NCBI GenBank assembly: GCA_001873295.1
Contig: MNYW01000016.1
Coordinates: 1-57,573 of the forward strand
Direction: 5' to 3'
Length of the DNA stretch: 57,573 nt
Origin: Nitrospirae bacterium CG2_30_70_394
GTDB taxonomy: Bacteria > CG2-30-53-67 > CG2-30-70-394
A model generated the notes under the pieces. The model was not told the origin of the DNA, did no database searches, and saw only the letters and a program-made list of their open reading frames with translations. Below are positions 48,961-57,573 of this stretch, in pieces (positions within the stretch are counted from its first letter, which is position 1; every line of letters starts with the position of its first letter). Position numbers and translations under genes: made by a program.

Positions 48961-49989
48961 TCAGCCGCACAAATCGTGGATGAGGGCCTCGAGGGTGAGG
49001 CGGTCGTCGAGGTGGTTGCCCTTGAGTTCGAGGTCGGTCTGGAGGAGGCGGGCGTGGGCGGCGACCAGCTCCGCCTCGGTGAAGCGGGTGGCGCGCTGGA
49101 AGAGCTGGCCGGCGCGGTTGCCGTACAGGCCAAGCTCCTTGGCGAGCGCCGGCCGCGGCCGGCCGCGGTCGAGACCGGCGCGGGCGCGCAGGAGCTGGCG
49201 GAGCTGCCAGGCGATGAGCCCGACCAGGCGAATCGGCGGCTCGCCGGAGGTGAGGAGGTCGTGGAGGGTGGTGAGGGCGCGGGGGCGGTCGCGGGCGGCG
49301 AGGTGGCCGACGAAGGCCCAGGCGTCGGGCAAAGCCGCGGCGGCGATCGCCTCGGCCGTCGCCATCTCCACGGTTCCCCCCTCCTCCACCTCCAAAGCGA
49401 GGCGTTGCACCTCGGTCTCCAGGCGCGATAGGTCGGTCCCCAACAGCTCCACCAGGAGGTTGGCAACCCCGCGCCCCAGGCGGACATTGGCCTCGCGCGC
49501 CATGGTCGTGCACCAGGCGATCGCGTCGGGGCGCTCCACCGGGTTGCATTCCAGGCAGAGGGCGCACCCCTTCAGCGCCTTGGTGAGGCGGGCGCGACCG
49601 TCGAGTTTGTCCGCCACCAGGGCGAGGGTGGTGGTGGGGTTGGGGTCCTCTAGGTAGGCGAAGAGCTCATGCGCGGGGTCGGTGGCGGAGCCATCGTGCT
49701 CCTCGTCGTTCGCCTCGTTGGGCTGTCGTGGTAGCCACCGCTCCACCGCCTCCACCACCACCACCAGGCGTGGGGCGAGCATGGGCAGCGACTGGCAGTG
49801 GGCCACCACCTCCGCCGGGCGCACCTCGGCGGCGTCGAGGCGCAGGTAGGCGAGGTCGTCCTGCCCCGCCAACCCCTCACGCAGCCGCTCCACCGCCCGC
49901 CAGGCGAGGCGGCGCTCCGTACCCAGCAGGAGGAGTACCGGCGGCTCTTTGGCCGTTGGGTCGCGGAGCCAGGTGATCACCGAGTCCAT
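48961..49989 (-). CDS. holA: DNA polymerase III delta subunit
   Basis: 342 aa. The N-terminal motif PVLLLLGTE and the overall length and architecture fit HolA. Sequence conservation is weak, as usual for this family. Confidence 0.7.
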   Translation of the reverse strand: MDSVITWLRDPTAKEPPVLLLLGTERRLAWRAVERLREGLAGQDDLAYLRLDAAEVRPAEVVAHCQSLPMLAPRLVVVVEAVERWLPRQPNEANDEEHDGSATDPAHELFAYLEDPNPTTTLALVADKLDGRARLTKALKGCALCLECNPVERPDAIAWCTTMAREANVRLGRGVANLLVELLGTDLSRLETEVQRLALEVEEGGTVEMATAEAIAAAALPDAWAFVGHLAARDRPRALTTLHDLLTSGEPPIRLVGLIAWQLRQLLRARAGLDRGRPRPALAKELGLYGNRAGQLFQRATRFTEAELVAAHARLLQTDLELKGNHLDDRLTLEALIHDLCG

Positions 49990-50253
49990 GGGAAGATTGT
50001 GCCCGCCGCCTAACCGCGGTGTCACCGCCAACGGGGCGCCGGTCGCCAGCAAGGAGGCGGGCGGGGCGCATTGCCAGAGGGGATCGAACGGTCACGCCGC
50101 CCACCCGCGATGACCACGGCCGGTCGCGGAGGGGCGGTCGTCGTGGGTCGAGGCCGGCTGGATCGGTTGCGAGGCGCTCCCTTGAACCGGTCGAGATGCA
50201 ACGAGTCTTGGTCCGGAGCTCCCCCAGGGTGCTCATGGTACGGGCCAAGGGAG

Positions 50254-50286
50254 CCCGGCGGGGAGGGGTTTCTCCTCCCCGCCGGG
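50254..50286 (-). terminator. Strong hairpin downstream of pyrC
   Basis: Perfect 13-bp stem CCCGGCGGGGAGG / CCTCCCCGCCGGG with a 7-nt loop, about 45 nt after the pyrC stop. Only a weak U-tract. Confidence 0.5.
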
Positions 50287-50331
50287 GGAGGTTGAGCGGT
50301 GCGCCAAGCAGCCCGGGGGCCGGGGGGAACG

Positions 50332-51618
50332 CTACCGCCCCTCCACCACCGTGCCGTCGCGGCAGACGATCCGGCCGGCGAGGATCGTGTGGAGGGGGCG
50401 GCCGGTGAGCTCTTGGCCGGCCCATGGGGAGTTGCGCGACTTGGAGTAGAACCGCTCCGGTTCGACCCGCCAAGGCGCCTGCGGGTCGAAGCAGCAGAGG
50501 TCCGCGACCGCGCCGACCGCGAGGTGGCCGGTGGCGAGACCCAAGATACGGGCGGGGCCGGCGGTGAGGCGGTGGAGCAGGTCGGCCAGGGAGATCCGGC
50601 CATCGCGCACCAGCGCCAAGACAACCCCCAGGCAGGTCTCCAGGCCGATCACCCCGAAGGGGGCGTCGTCGAAGGGCAGCTCCTTTTCCTGCGGCGCGTG
50701 CGGGGCGTGGTCGGTGGCGATCGCCTGGATGGTGCCGTCGGCGAGGGCCGCGACGAGCGCCGCGCGGTCGGCCGCACCGCGCAACGGCGGGCTCATCTTC
50801 CAGTGGGTGTCGTAGGCGGGCATGTCCGCGTCGGTGAGGAGCAGGTGGTGGGGGGTCGCCTCGGCGCTCACCGCCACCCCCGCGGCCTGGGCCCGGCGAA
50901 CCAGCTCGACGCCGCCGGCGGTGGAGAGGTGGGCGACGTGCAGCCGCGTCCCGGTGAGGGCGGAGAGGCGGATGTCGCGGTCGATCTGTGCCTCCTCCGC
51001 GGCGGCCGGGATGCCGGCGAGGCCAAGCTCGGTGGCGCGCCACCCCTCATTCATCACTCCGTGGCCGAAGAGGGTGTCGTCCTGCGGGTGGATGATCACC
51101 GGGATCTTGAAGGGGCGGGCGTACTCCATGGCGTGGCGCATGAGGTGGCCATCTTGGACGCCGCAACCGTCGTCGGAGATCGCCACCGCCCCGGCGCTTA
51201 CCATCTCGCCGATCTCCGCCAGCTCCTTGCCGGCCAGGCCGCGGCTGATCGCGCCCACCGGGCGAAGGTGCACCGGGATCGCCACGGCCCGCTCGACGAG
51301 GTCGCGGGTGATCGCCCCGGTGTCGTTGGTGGGCACGGTGTTGGGCATGCAGCAGAGGGTGGTGAAGCCGCCCGCCGCCGCGGCCTGGGCACCGGAAAGG
51401 AGGTCTTCCTTCCACTCTTGGCCCGGGTCGCGCAGGTGGACGTGGAGGTCAATCAGGCCGGGGCAGACCACCAGGCCGGTGCAGTCGATCCCCTCGGCGC
51501 CAGCAAGCCCCGCGCCAAGGGCGGCGACGCGGCCGTCGCGGATGGCGAGGTCGGTGGTGGCATCGACGCCATGGGCGGGGTCGATGACGCGGCCGTTCTT
51601 CAAGACGAGATCGAACAT
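50332..51618 (-). CDS. pyrC: Dihydroorotase
   Basis: PGLIDLHVHLRDPG, the ATDHAPH motif, 428 aa from MFDLVLKNGRVID. Confidence 0.9.
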   Translation of the reverse strand: MFDLVLKNGRVIDPAHGVDATTDLAIRDGRVAALGAGLAGAEGIDCTGLVVCPGLIDLHVHLRDPGQEWKEDLLSGAQAAAAGGFTTLCCMPNTVPTNDTGAITRDLVERAVAIPVHLRPVGAISRGLAGKELAEIGEMVSAGAVAISDDGCGVQDGHLMRHAMEYARPFKIPVIIHPQDDTLFGHGVMNEGWRATELGLAGIPAAAEEAQIDRDIRLSALTGTRLHVAHLSTAGGVELVRRAQAAGVAVSAEATPHHLLLTDADMPAYDTHWKMSPPLRGAADRAALVAALADGTIQAIATDHAPHAPQEKELPFDDAPFGVIGLETCLGVVLALVRDGRISLADLLHRLTAGPARILGLATGHLAVGAVADLCCFDPQAPWRVEPERFYSKSRNSPWAGQELTGRPLHTILAGRIVCRDGTVVEGR

Positions 51619-51630
51619 GGGCAGCTCAGG

Positions 51631-51800
51631 GCGTGGGACGGCGCGGCGCGGGGCGTGGCGCGGGACGAGGGGTAGCGTGGGACGAGGGGCGGCGCGGGAC
51701 GGGGCGAGGCGCGGGGCAAGGGGCGGCGCGGGACGGGGGACGGGGCGAGGCGCGGGGCTCAGGGTTCCAGAGGCGCGGGGTTCTAGACGCGGGGGGCGGC
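51631..51800. repeat. G-rich (plus strand) degenerate tandem repeats inside the pyrB-pyrC spacer
   Basis: Units such as GGGGCGGCGCGGGACGGGG...CGAGGCGCGGGGC repeat at about 51688-51717 and 51718-51758. GGTTCCAGAGGCGCGGGG / TTCTAGACGCGGGG follows. Confidence 0.7.
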
Positions 51801-51895
51801 ACCTTCCGGCTTGGGGCGGGGCGCGGGCAAGAGGTCGCCCCGATTCCGGCGGGTGAAGAGATCGTCCAGCGCGGGGGCGGATGGCGCGCCGCTCC

Positions 51896-52861
51896 TCACT
51901 GGCCACTGCCTTGCTGCCAGAGGACGTAGAGGATCGCCATGCGCACCGCCACCCCCGCGGTCACCTGGTCGAGGATCAGGGAGCGCGGGGAGTCGGCGAC
52001 GTCGGAGGCGATCTCCACGCCGCGGTTGATCGGGCCGGGGTGGAGGATCACGCAGTGCGGGGCGGCGAGCGCGAGGTGGGCGCGGGTGAGGCAGTAGTTG
52101 CGGGCGTACTCGCGCAGGCTGGGGAAGGCGCCGCTGCTCGCCCGCTCGCGCTGGATGCGTAGCATCATGATCGCGTCCACCCCCGCGATCGCCGAAGGCA
52201 GATGGTGAAAGACGCTACAGCCGTAGCGCTCCACCGCCGCCGGCAAGAGGGTGGGGGGGGCGCAGATGCGGGTCTCCATCCCCAGCGTGCGCATCGCCAG
52301 CAGGTTGGAGCGGGCGACGCGCGAGTGGGCGATGTCGCCGATGATCGCCACCTTCAGCCCCTCTAGCCGACCGAAGGCGCGGCGCAGGGTGAAGAGGTCC
52401 AGCAGGGCCTGGGTGGGGTGGGCGTGGCAGCCGTCGCCGGCGTTGATCACCGGCACCGCCAGCTCCTCCGCCAGGGAGGCGGCGGCGCCGGCGGCCGGGT
52501 GGCGCACCACGATCAGGTCGGTCCCCATCGCCGCCAGGGTGCGGGCGGTGTCACGCAACGACTCGCCCTTCTTCAGGGACGAGCCCGCGGCGGAGAAGTT
52601 GATCACGTCGGCGGAGAGCCGTTTGCCGGCCAGCTCGAAGGAGGAGCGGGTGCGGGTGGATGGCTCGAAGAAGCAGTCCATGATCGTTACGCCGCGCAGG
52701 GTCGGGACCTTCTTCACCTGTCGCTTGTTGATCTCGAAAAAGGCCTCGGACTGATCGAGGAGGAAGGAGATCTCCGCGCCGGTGAGCTCCGCGGTGTCGA
52801 GGAGGTCGGTGTGGGCGAAGGGGAGACCCTTGGCGCCATGGGGTTCGATCGTCGAAGCCAT
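51896..52861 (-). CDS. pyrB: Aspartate carbamoyltransferase catalytic subunit
   Basis: FFEPSTRTR, HPTQ and HPGP motifs. Start at ATG 52861 with SD AAGAGGAAAAA; upstream in-frame ATGs also exist. Confidence 0.9.
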   Translation of the reverse strand: MASTIEPHGAKGLPFAHTDLLDTAELTGAEISFLLDQSEAFFEINKRQVKKVPTLRGVTIMDCFFEPSTRTRSSFELAGKRLSADVINFSAAGSSLKKGESLRDTARTLAAMGTDLIVVRHPAAGAAASLAEELAVPVINAGDGCHAHPTQALLDLFTLRRAFGRLEGLKVAIIGDIAHSRVARSNLLAMRTLGMETRICAPPTLLPAAVERYGCSVFHHLPSAIAGVDAIMMLRIQRERASSGAFPSLREYARNYCLTRAHLALAAPHCVILHPGPINRGVEIASDVADSPRSLILDQVTAGVAVRMAILYVLWQQGSGQ

Positions 52862-52899
52862 TTTTTCCTCTTGGGTCACCATGACCTCGTCCCCCATGG

Positions 52900-53588
<689 letters not shown>

Positions 53589-53823
53589 TGAAGAGCGACG
53601 CGAAGCTAGGGCCCGGCCGGCAGGGTGTCAACTGGCTCCAGCCCCCACTCGGGCTAGGGTGATGATGCCGTGGCTCTGATGCGCCTTCGGCGAATAGGCG
53701 ACGCGCCACGGCCGCCCCCACTTCGGCCATGGCAACGATGAGCGGGATTCGATCCGCAGGTTGGGAGGACTGACCCCAGCGCTGCGGACCCCAGTGGGGT
53801 GACCGGCGTCGGGGGGCGCGCAC

Positions 53824-54093
53824 CTACCACGCCTCGCCGACCTCCTCCACGTGGTCGATCGCGTAGAGCTGGTCCGCCTCGCCCTTGCCCACCCCCCGGT
53901 CGGGGAGAGCGATGACGGTGAGGTGGAGGATCTGGCGGCGGGTGCGGACCGTTACCCGGTCGCCCGGGTGCAGCTCGCGGCCCGCCTTCGCGACGGTGGC
54001 GTTCACGGTCACTGCCTCGTCGTCGCACAGCTCCCGCGCCAGGGCGCGCCGCTTCACGATCCGGGCCACCTTGAGGAACTTGTCGAGACGCAT
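53824..54093 (-). CDS. S4-domain RNA-binding protein (Hsp15/HslR-like)
   Basis: MRLDKFLKVARIVKRRALARELC is a classic S4 N-terminus. 89 aa. Confidence 0.75.
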   Translation of the reverse strand: MRLDKFLKVARIVKRRALARELCDDEAVTVNATVAKAGRELHPGDRVTVRTRRQILHLTVIALPDRGVGKGEADQLYAIDHVEEVGEAW

Positions 54094-54265
54094 GGGGGAA
54101 GACGGCAGCAGGTAGGAGGTCGTAGCCGGGCGGAAAGCGGCTGCGGACTGTCGTCCGGGTCTCAGGGGCGATACGCGCGGTCCGGGGGGGGGTCGGGCTG
54201 GAAGAGCGTCGCATTGGGGTCGTGGCCGGGGGCCCAAGGGTGGCGGCGACGACCGTCCACGGGGC

Positions 54266-55261
54266 TCAGGGAGACCTGGGCGGTCCGCCGGTGGCCTGGT
54301 GGAGCTTGACCTCCACATACGCCTGATCGTGGAGATCCTTCATCCACTGGTCGTACTGCTCGGACATGCGGTTCGACTGGAGCTGGAGGACGATGTCGTC
54401 CTGGACGTCGACGAAGGGGCGCGCTGCGCTGCTGGCGATCTCCTTCACATAGAGGAGGGAGTAGCCATCCTTGGTGCGGATGAGTTCGGAGACCTCGCGC
54501 TCCTGCAGGCCGAAGGCGAACCGGTCGAGCTCGGGCTGCATCTCCCCCTTCTTGAACGAGCCGAGCAGCCCGCCCTGGCCGGCGGTAGGCCCCTCGGAGA
54601 ACGCCTTGGCCACCTCCTCGAAGGGGACGCCGCGCTTGATCTGGTCGATGGCGGCGGCGATCCGGTCGCGCGTCTTGTGCTTGCGCGCCTCCTCCCAGAG
54701 CGGGTCGTAGCGGAAGAAGATGCGGCACAGGGTGCGCCGCTCCGGCGCGGAGAAGAGGTCAGGGTGGCCCTTGTAGTACGCCATCGCCTCCTCGTCGTTG
54801 ACCACGATGCGCGAGCGCACCTCGCGGTGGACCAGGCGGGCGATGGTCATCTGCTCGCGAATCTGCTGGCGGTAGTCCGCCATGGTGAGCCCCTGCTCCT
54901 TCAGCGAGCTCGTCAGCTCCGCCTCGCTCATCTGGTTGCGCTGGCGCACGTCGTCGATCGCCCCATCCACGTCCGTCTCGGGGACCACGATCCCCAACTC
55001 GTGGGCGCGCTGGAGCTGGAGCTTCTTGTCGATCAGCCGCTCCAGGAGGCGCTTCTTGACCGCCGGATCATCGGTCTCCCCATAGGTAATGAACCCCTTG
55101 TCACCCAGGGGCATCTTCATCTCTTCGAGCTGACTCTGGGTGATCACCTCGTCGTTGACGACGGCGACGATCCCGTCCACGTGGGTCGCGTGGGCGGTGC
55201 GAGAGGCAAGGAGGAGGGTGGCCACGAGGGCCAGGGGCAGGCGTCGAATCATGGCGGCCAT
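54266..55261 (-). CDS. Periplasmic peptidyl-prolyl isomerase, SurA-like (SurA_N + parvulin domain)
   Basis: Signal peptide RRLPLALVATLLLASRTAHA. The motif GIVAVVNDEVITQSQL. Parvulin motif GGLLGSFKKGEMQPELD...SELIRTKDGYSLLYV. Confidence 0.85.
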   Translation of the reverse strand: MAAMIRRLPLALVATLLLASRTAHATHVDGIVAVVNDEVITQSQLEEMKMPLGDKGFITYGETDDPAVKKRLLERLIDKKLQLQRAHELGIVVPETDVDGAIDDVRQRNQMSEAELTSSLKEQGLTMADYRQQIREQMTIARLVHREVRSRIVVNDEEAMAYYKGHPDLFSAPERRTLCRIFFRYDPLWEEARKHKTRDRIAAAIDQIKRGVPFEEVAKAFSEGPTAGQGGLLGSFKKGEMQPELDRFAFGLQEREVSELIRTKDGYSLLYVKEIASSAARPFVDVQDDIVLQLQSNRMSEQYDQWMKDLHDQAYVEVKLHQATGGPPRSP

Positions 55262-55723
55262 GCTACCGCGAACGGGGGTGGGATACAGGAGCCTCGCGGC
55301 CCCGTGTTGATCCGGTGGCCGGGACGGACCGCCGGCGAGCGACCCGGCAGCGCCGTGGACGGTTGCCCAGATGACCCCACCGCCGCCTGAGACCGATGGA
55401 GAAAAAGGCGTCGGGGGTGGGGCGGACCCTTGACTTCAAATGGATCCGTGACGATAGGCTAGGCAGTCCAAAGAGGTCGCCAACATTCTTCTCGCCGATG
55501 ACAAAAGTGATCGTGAAATCAGAGTTGCGTCTCTCTCCATGGGGCGTTGCCGGGACCGCGGCCCAGGTCCGGATCGCACCGGTCGCGCGGTCTCGGCAAT
55601 CTCTGGGTTGCCTCGACCGGGGTAGCAGGGGGATGGCCGTGGCCATCAGTCGCCCCGACCTCGTCGCTGCGGCCTTCGGTGGGTTAGACCGTCACCAACG
55701 GCCGGTCGGTTAGGGATGTCCCA

Positions 55724-56461
55724 TTGGGTGATCGCGTGATTCAAGGTCGAGGCGATACGGGCAGTCTCCCCCCTCGACCTCCGGCCGGCGGACGGGCGCC
55801 GGTCTTCGGATTTCGGCTCCTTTCCCCGGCGGCGCTTCTCTTCTCCTACGTCGTCCTGGGGGCGCTCGTCGTCCTCGCCTTGCTGGTTCACGCGCGGCCA
55901 CCCACGGTGGCGCGCGAGCAACTCGCCACCCTCCCCAAGGAGTTGGGGGGCTTTCGCATGATCCAGGAGTCGACGATCGCGCCCAACGTTTTGGCGGTTC
56001 TCCAGCCGACGGACGCGGTCGTCCGGACCTATGCACGGCGGGCGAATGAGCCGCCTGTTTCGCTGTATATCGCCTACCACGCCGATCAGTCCGAGGGGAG
56101 CCGGGTCCACAGCCCCAAGTCGTGTCTGCCCGGGGCGGGGTGGCGAATCGCCGCGATTCAGACGCTCCCTCTGCCGTGGAAGGAGGGTGATGCGAAGGCC
56201 AATCTAGTGCGGGTGGAGAAGGGGCTCGACAAGCAGCTCGCCTTGTACTGGATCCACTCCAACGGACGAGTCGTTGCCAATGAGTACGTCGCTCGGGCCT
56301 ACATTTTTCACGATCTCTTTGTCCGTCACCGGAGTGATGGCGGACTCGTGCGCTACATGACCCTCTTGGCGCCGGATGAGCGTGAGGAGGTCGCGACGGA
56401 GCGGCTTCGTGCCCTGGCCGAGGCGACCCTGCCGGTGATCTCGCGCTATATCCCCGATTGA
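55724..56461 (+). CDS. epsI: EpsI-family exosortase-associated protein (DUF3485)
   Basis: N-terminal TM segment and the hallmark motif VHSPKSCLPGAGW. The start (TTG 55724 or GTG 55736) is uncertain. Confidence 0.85.
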   Translation: MGDRVIQGRGDTGSLPPRPPAGGRAPVFGFRLLSPAALLFSYVVLGALVVLALLVHARPPTVAREQLATLPKELGGFRMIQESTIAPNVLAVLQPTDAVVRTYARRANEPPVSLYIAYHADQSEGSRVHSPKSCLPGAGWRIAAIQTLPLPWKEGDAKANLVRVEKGLDKQLALYWIHSNGRVVANEYVARAYIFHDLFVRHRSDGGLVRYMTLLAPDEREEVATERLRALAEATLPVISRYIPD

Positions 56462-56480
56462 TTCACGAGCGGAGATCACC

Positions 56481-57365
56481 ATGAGCATCAAGTTCGATTC
56501 TGTTGTGCACCCCGGTCTTAGTCGCGGGGAGGGGGTCGCCCTTCTCGGCTTTCCGTTGGTCCTTGGTGTCTTGAGTTTCCCCCTGTGGGAGATGACCGCG
56601 CAGGAGTGGTTTCGCACCGGCAACGAGGCCTACACCCATGCGCCATTGATGCCCCTGATCGCCCTCTACTTCATCTGGGATTGGCGCGCGGAGCTCGCTC
56701 GGCTGCCCATTCAGTTTTCGTGGAGCGGCTTCATCTACTTCCTTTTCGGTGCCCTGATCTTTGTGGCCGGGAAGGTGGGGGCCGATCGGTTCACTGGTCA
56801 GATGGCGATCGCGACGCTGCTGATCGGCCTGGTGTGGATGCACTTCGGAAACGTCATCACCAAGCGCATCGTCTTCCCCATCTCCCTCCTTTACCTGATG
56901 ATCCCCCTGCCGGGGATCATCTACCGCAACCTCTCCTTCGACCTACAGATCCTCTCCTCGAAGCTGTCGGTCGACTTCATGCAGCTCTTCGCCCTGCCGG
57001 TCTATCGCGAGGGCAATGTGATCGACCTTTACTACACGCAGCTCGAAGTGGCGGAGGCGTGCAGCGGCATCACCTCCCTGGTCTCCCTGGTCACTGTCGG
57101 ATGGATCTTCGCCTACATTGCCCAGAAGCGGTTCTGGCCTCGCGCGGTACTCGTCGCGTCGGCCATCCCCATCGCCATGCTCATGAACGCCTTCCGCATC
57201 GCCGGCACCGGCATGCTCGCCCACTTCTGGAGCGTCAAGGCGGCGGAGGGCTTCTTCCACTCCTTCGCCGGCTGGATCGTCTTCATGGCCGCATTCGTGA
57301 TCCTGCTCGCCGAGAACGGCGTGATCGTGGCGGCGCAGCGGTGGCGGCAGTCTTCCACCCAGTAG
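56481..57365 (+). CDS. Exosortase (EpsH/Xrt family)
   Basis: Polytopic membrane protein with catalytic-type motifs EACSGITSL (Cys), NAFRIAG (Arg) and FHSFAGW (His). SD GGAG upstream of the ATG. Confidence 0.9.
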   Translation: MSIKFDSVVHPGLSRGEGVALLGFPLVLGVLSFPLWEMTAQEWFRTGNEAYTHAPLMPLIALYFIWDWRAELARLPIQFSWSGFIYFLFGALIFVAGKVGADRFTGQMAIATLLIGLVWMHFGNVITKRIVFPISLLYLMIPLPGIIYRNLSFDLQILSSKLSVDFMQLFALPVYREGNVIDLYYTQLEVAEACSGITSLVSLVTVGWIFAYIAQKRFWPRAVLVASAIPIAMLMNAFRIAGTGMLAHFWSVKAAEGFFHSFAGWIVFMAAFVILLAENGVIVAAQRWRQSSTQ

Positions 57366-57573
57366 AAGTGGCCTCCCGGTTGTGAGCAGGGTCCGATGAA
57401 GACACCACTCAAATTGCGAAAAGACCGAAAGCCCAGAATGGAGATCGATCACGATGACCGCGATGAAGACCTTCCGGATCGGAGATTGACGTTCAAATGT
57501 GATTACATTAACCCTGAACCGACCCATTTATTTGGTTGTGATTGACTGGTTTTATTGTGACGACAGCATTGAG

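Noticed and set aside
50070-50110. T-loop-like GTTCGATCC on the minus strand in the pyrC-holA spacer
   Set aside because: The flanking bases do not form a T-stem (GACCG versus CCCTC), and no cloverleaf is possible.
53700-53770. tRNA- or tmRNA-like 3' end on the minus strand (..CTGCGGATCGAATCCCGCTCATCGTTGCCA)
   Set aside because: A T-loop-like GATCGAATC and a terminal GCCA are present. However, no 5-bp T-stem, acceptor stem or upstream D and anticodon arms can be drawn, so I treat it as chance similarity.

Overview
Very GC-rich bacterial chromosomal segment (by eye about two-thirds to 70% G+C, strong GC3 bias). Only the last ~2.3 kb is visibly less GC-rich, ending in an AT-rich tail. I support about 45 protein genes, almost all housekeeping. 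In window order: a frameshifted pilD, a sensor kinase plus sigma-54 response regulator, clpC, kdsB-pyrG-kdsA-kdsD-kdsC-pgsA, an M20 amidohydrolase, lysC-cimA, an RseC-like gene, a 905-aa Wza-like polysaccharide exporter, a DAHP synthase, priA, yicC-gmk-rpoZ-coaBC, an acyl-CoA synthetase, mgtE, uvrB, a NapH/CcoG-like 4Fe-4S protein, a CopD-like protein, a CPA2 antiporter fused to an EIIA domain, fmt, a HAD hydrolase, an NAD-epimerase, hpt, ade, cbiM/N-like/Q, a DsrE-like gene, holA, pyrR-pyrB-pyrC, an S4-domain protein, a SurA-like PPIase, and EpsI plus exosortase. This gene order resembles Gram-negative deltaproteobacteria-type genomes (Desulfuromonadota or Myxococcota-like); that placement is inference only. 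I found no rRNA, tRNA, transposase, integrase or cas genes. Most long ORFs in the six-frame track are antisense or off-frame GC artefacts shadowing the real genes. The unusual signals are all non-coding. (1) A dispersed intergenic element family at four loci, bounded by inverted copies of a TGKCG-N5-TGKCG core. (2) Three cas-less loci with CRISPR geometry: 4 x 28 bp and 2 x 28 bp with 61-bp period, and 2 x 36 bp with 71-bp period. One repeat clearly resembles the type I-E repeat. (3) Recurrent leaders with a purine block (GGAGG/GTAGAAAG), a spacer, then a polypyrimidine tract abutting the start codons of kdsA, hpt and kdsC. (4) An 8-bp tandem duplication that frameshifts pilD. No complete novel protein-encoded system is demonstrable from sequence alone.
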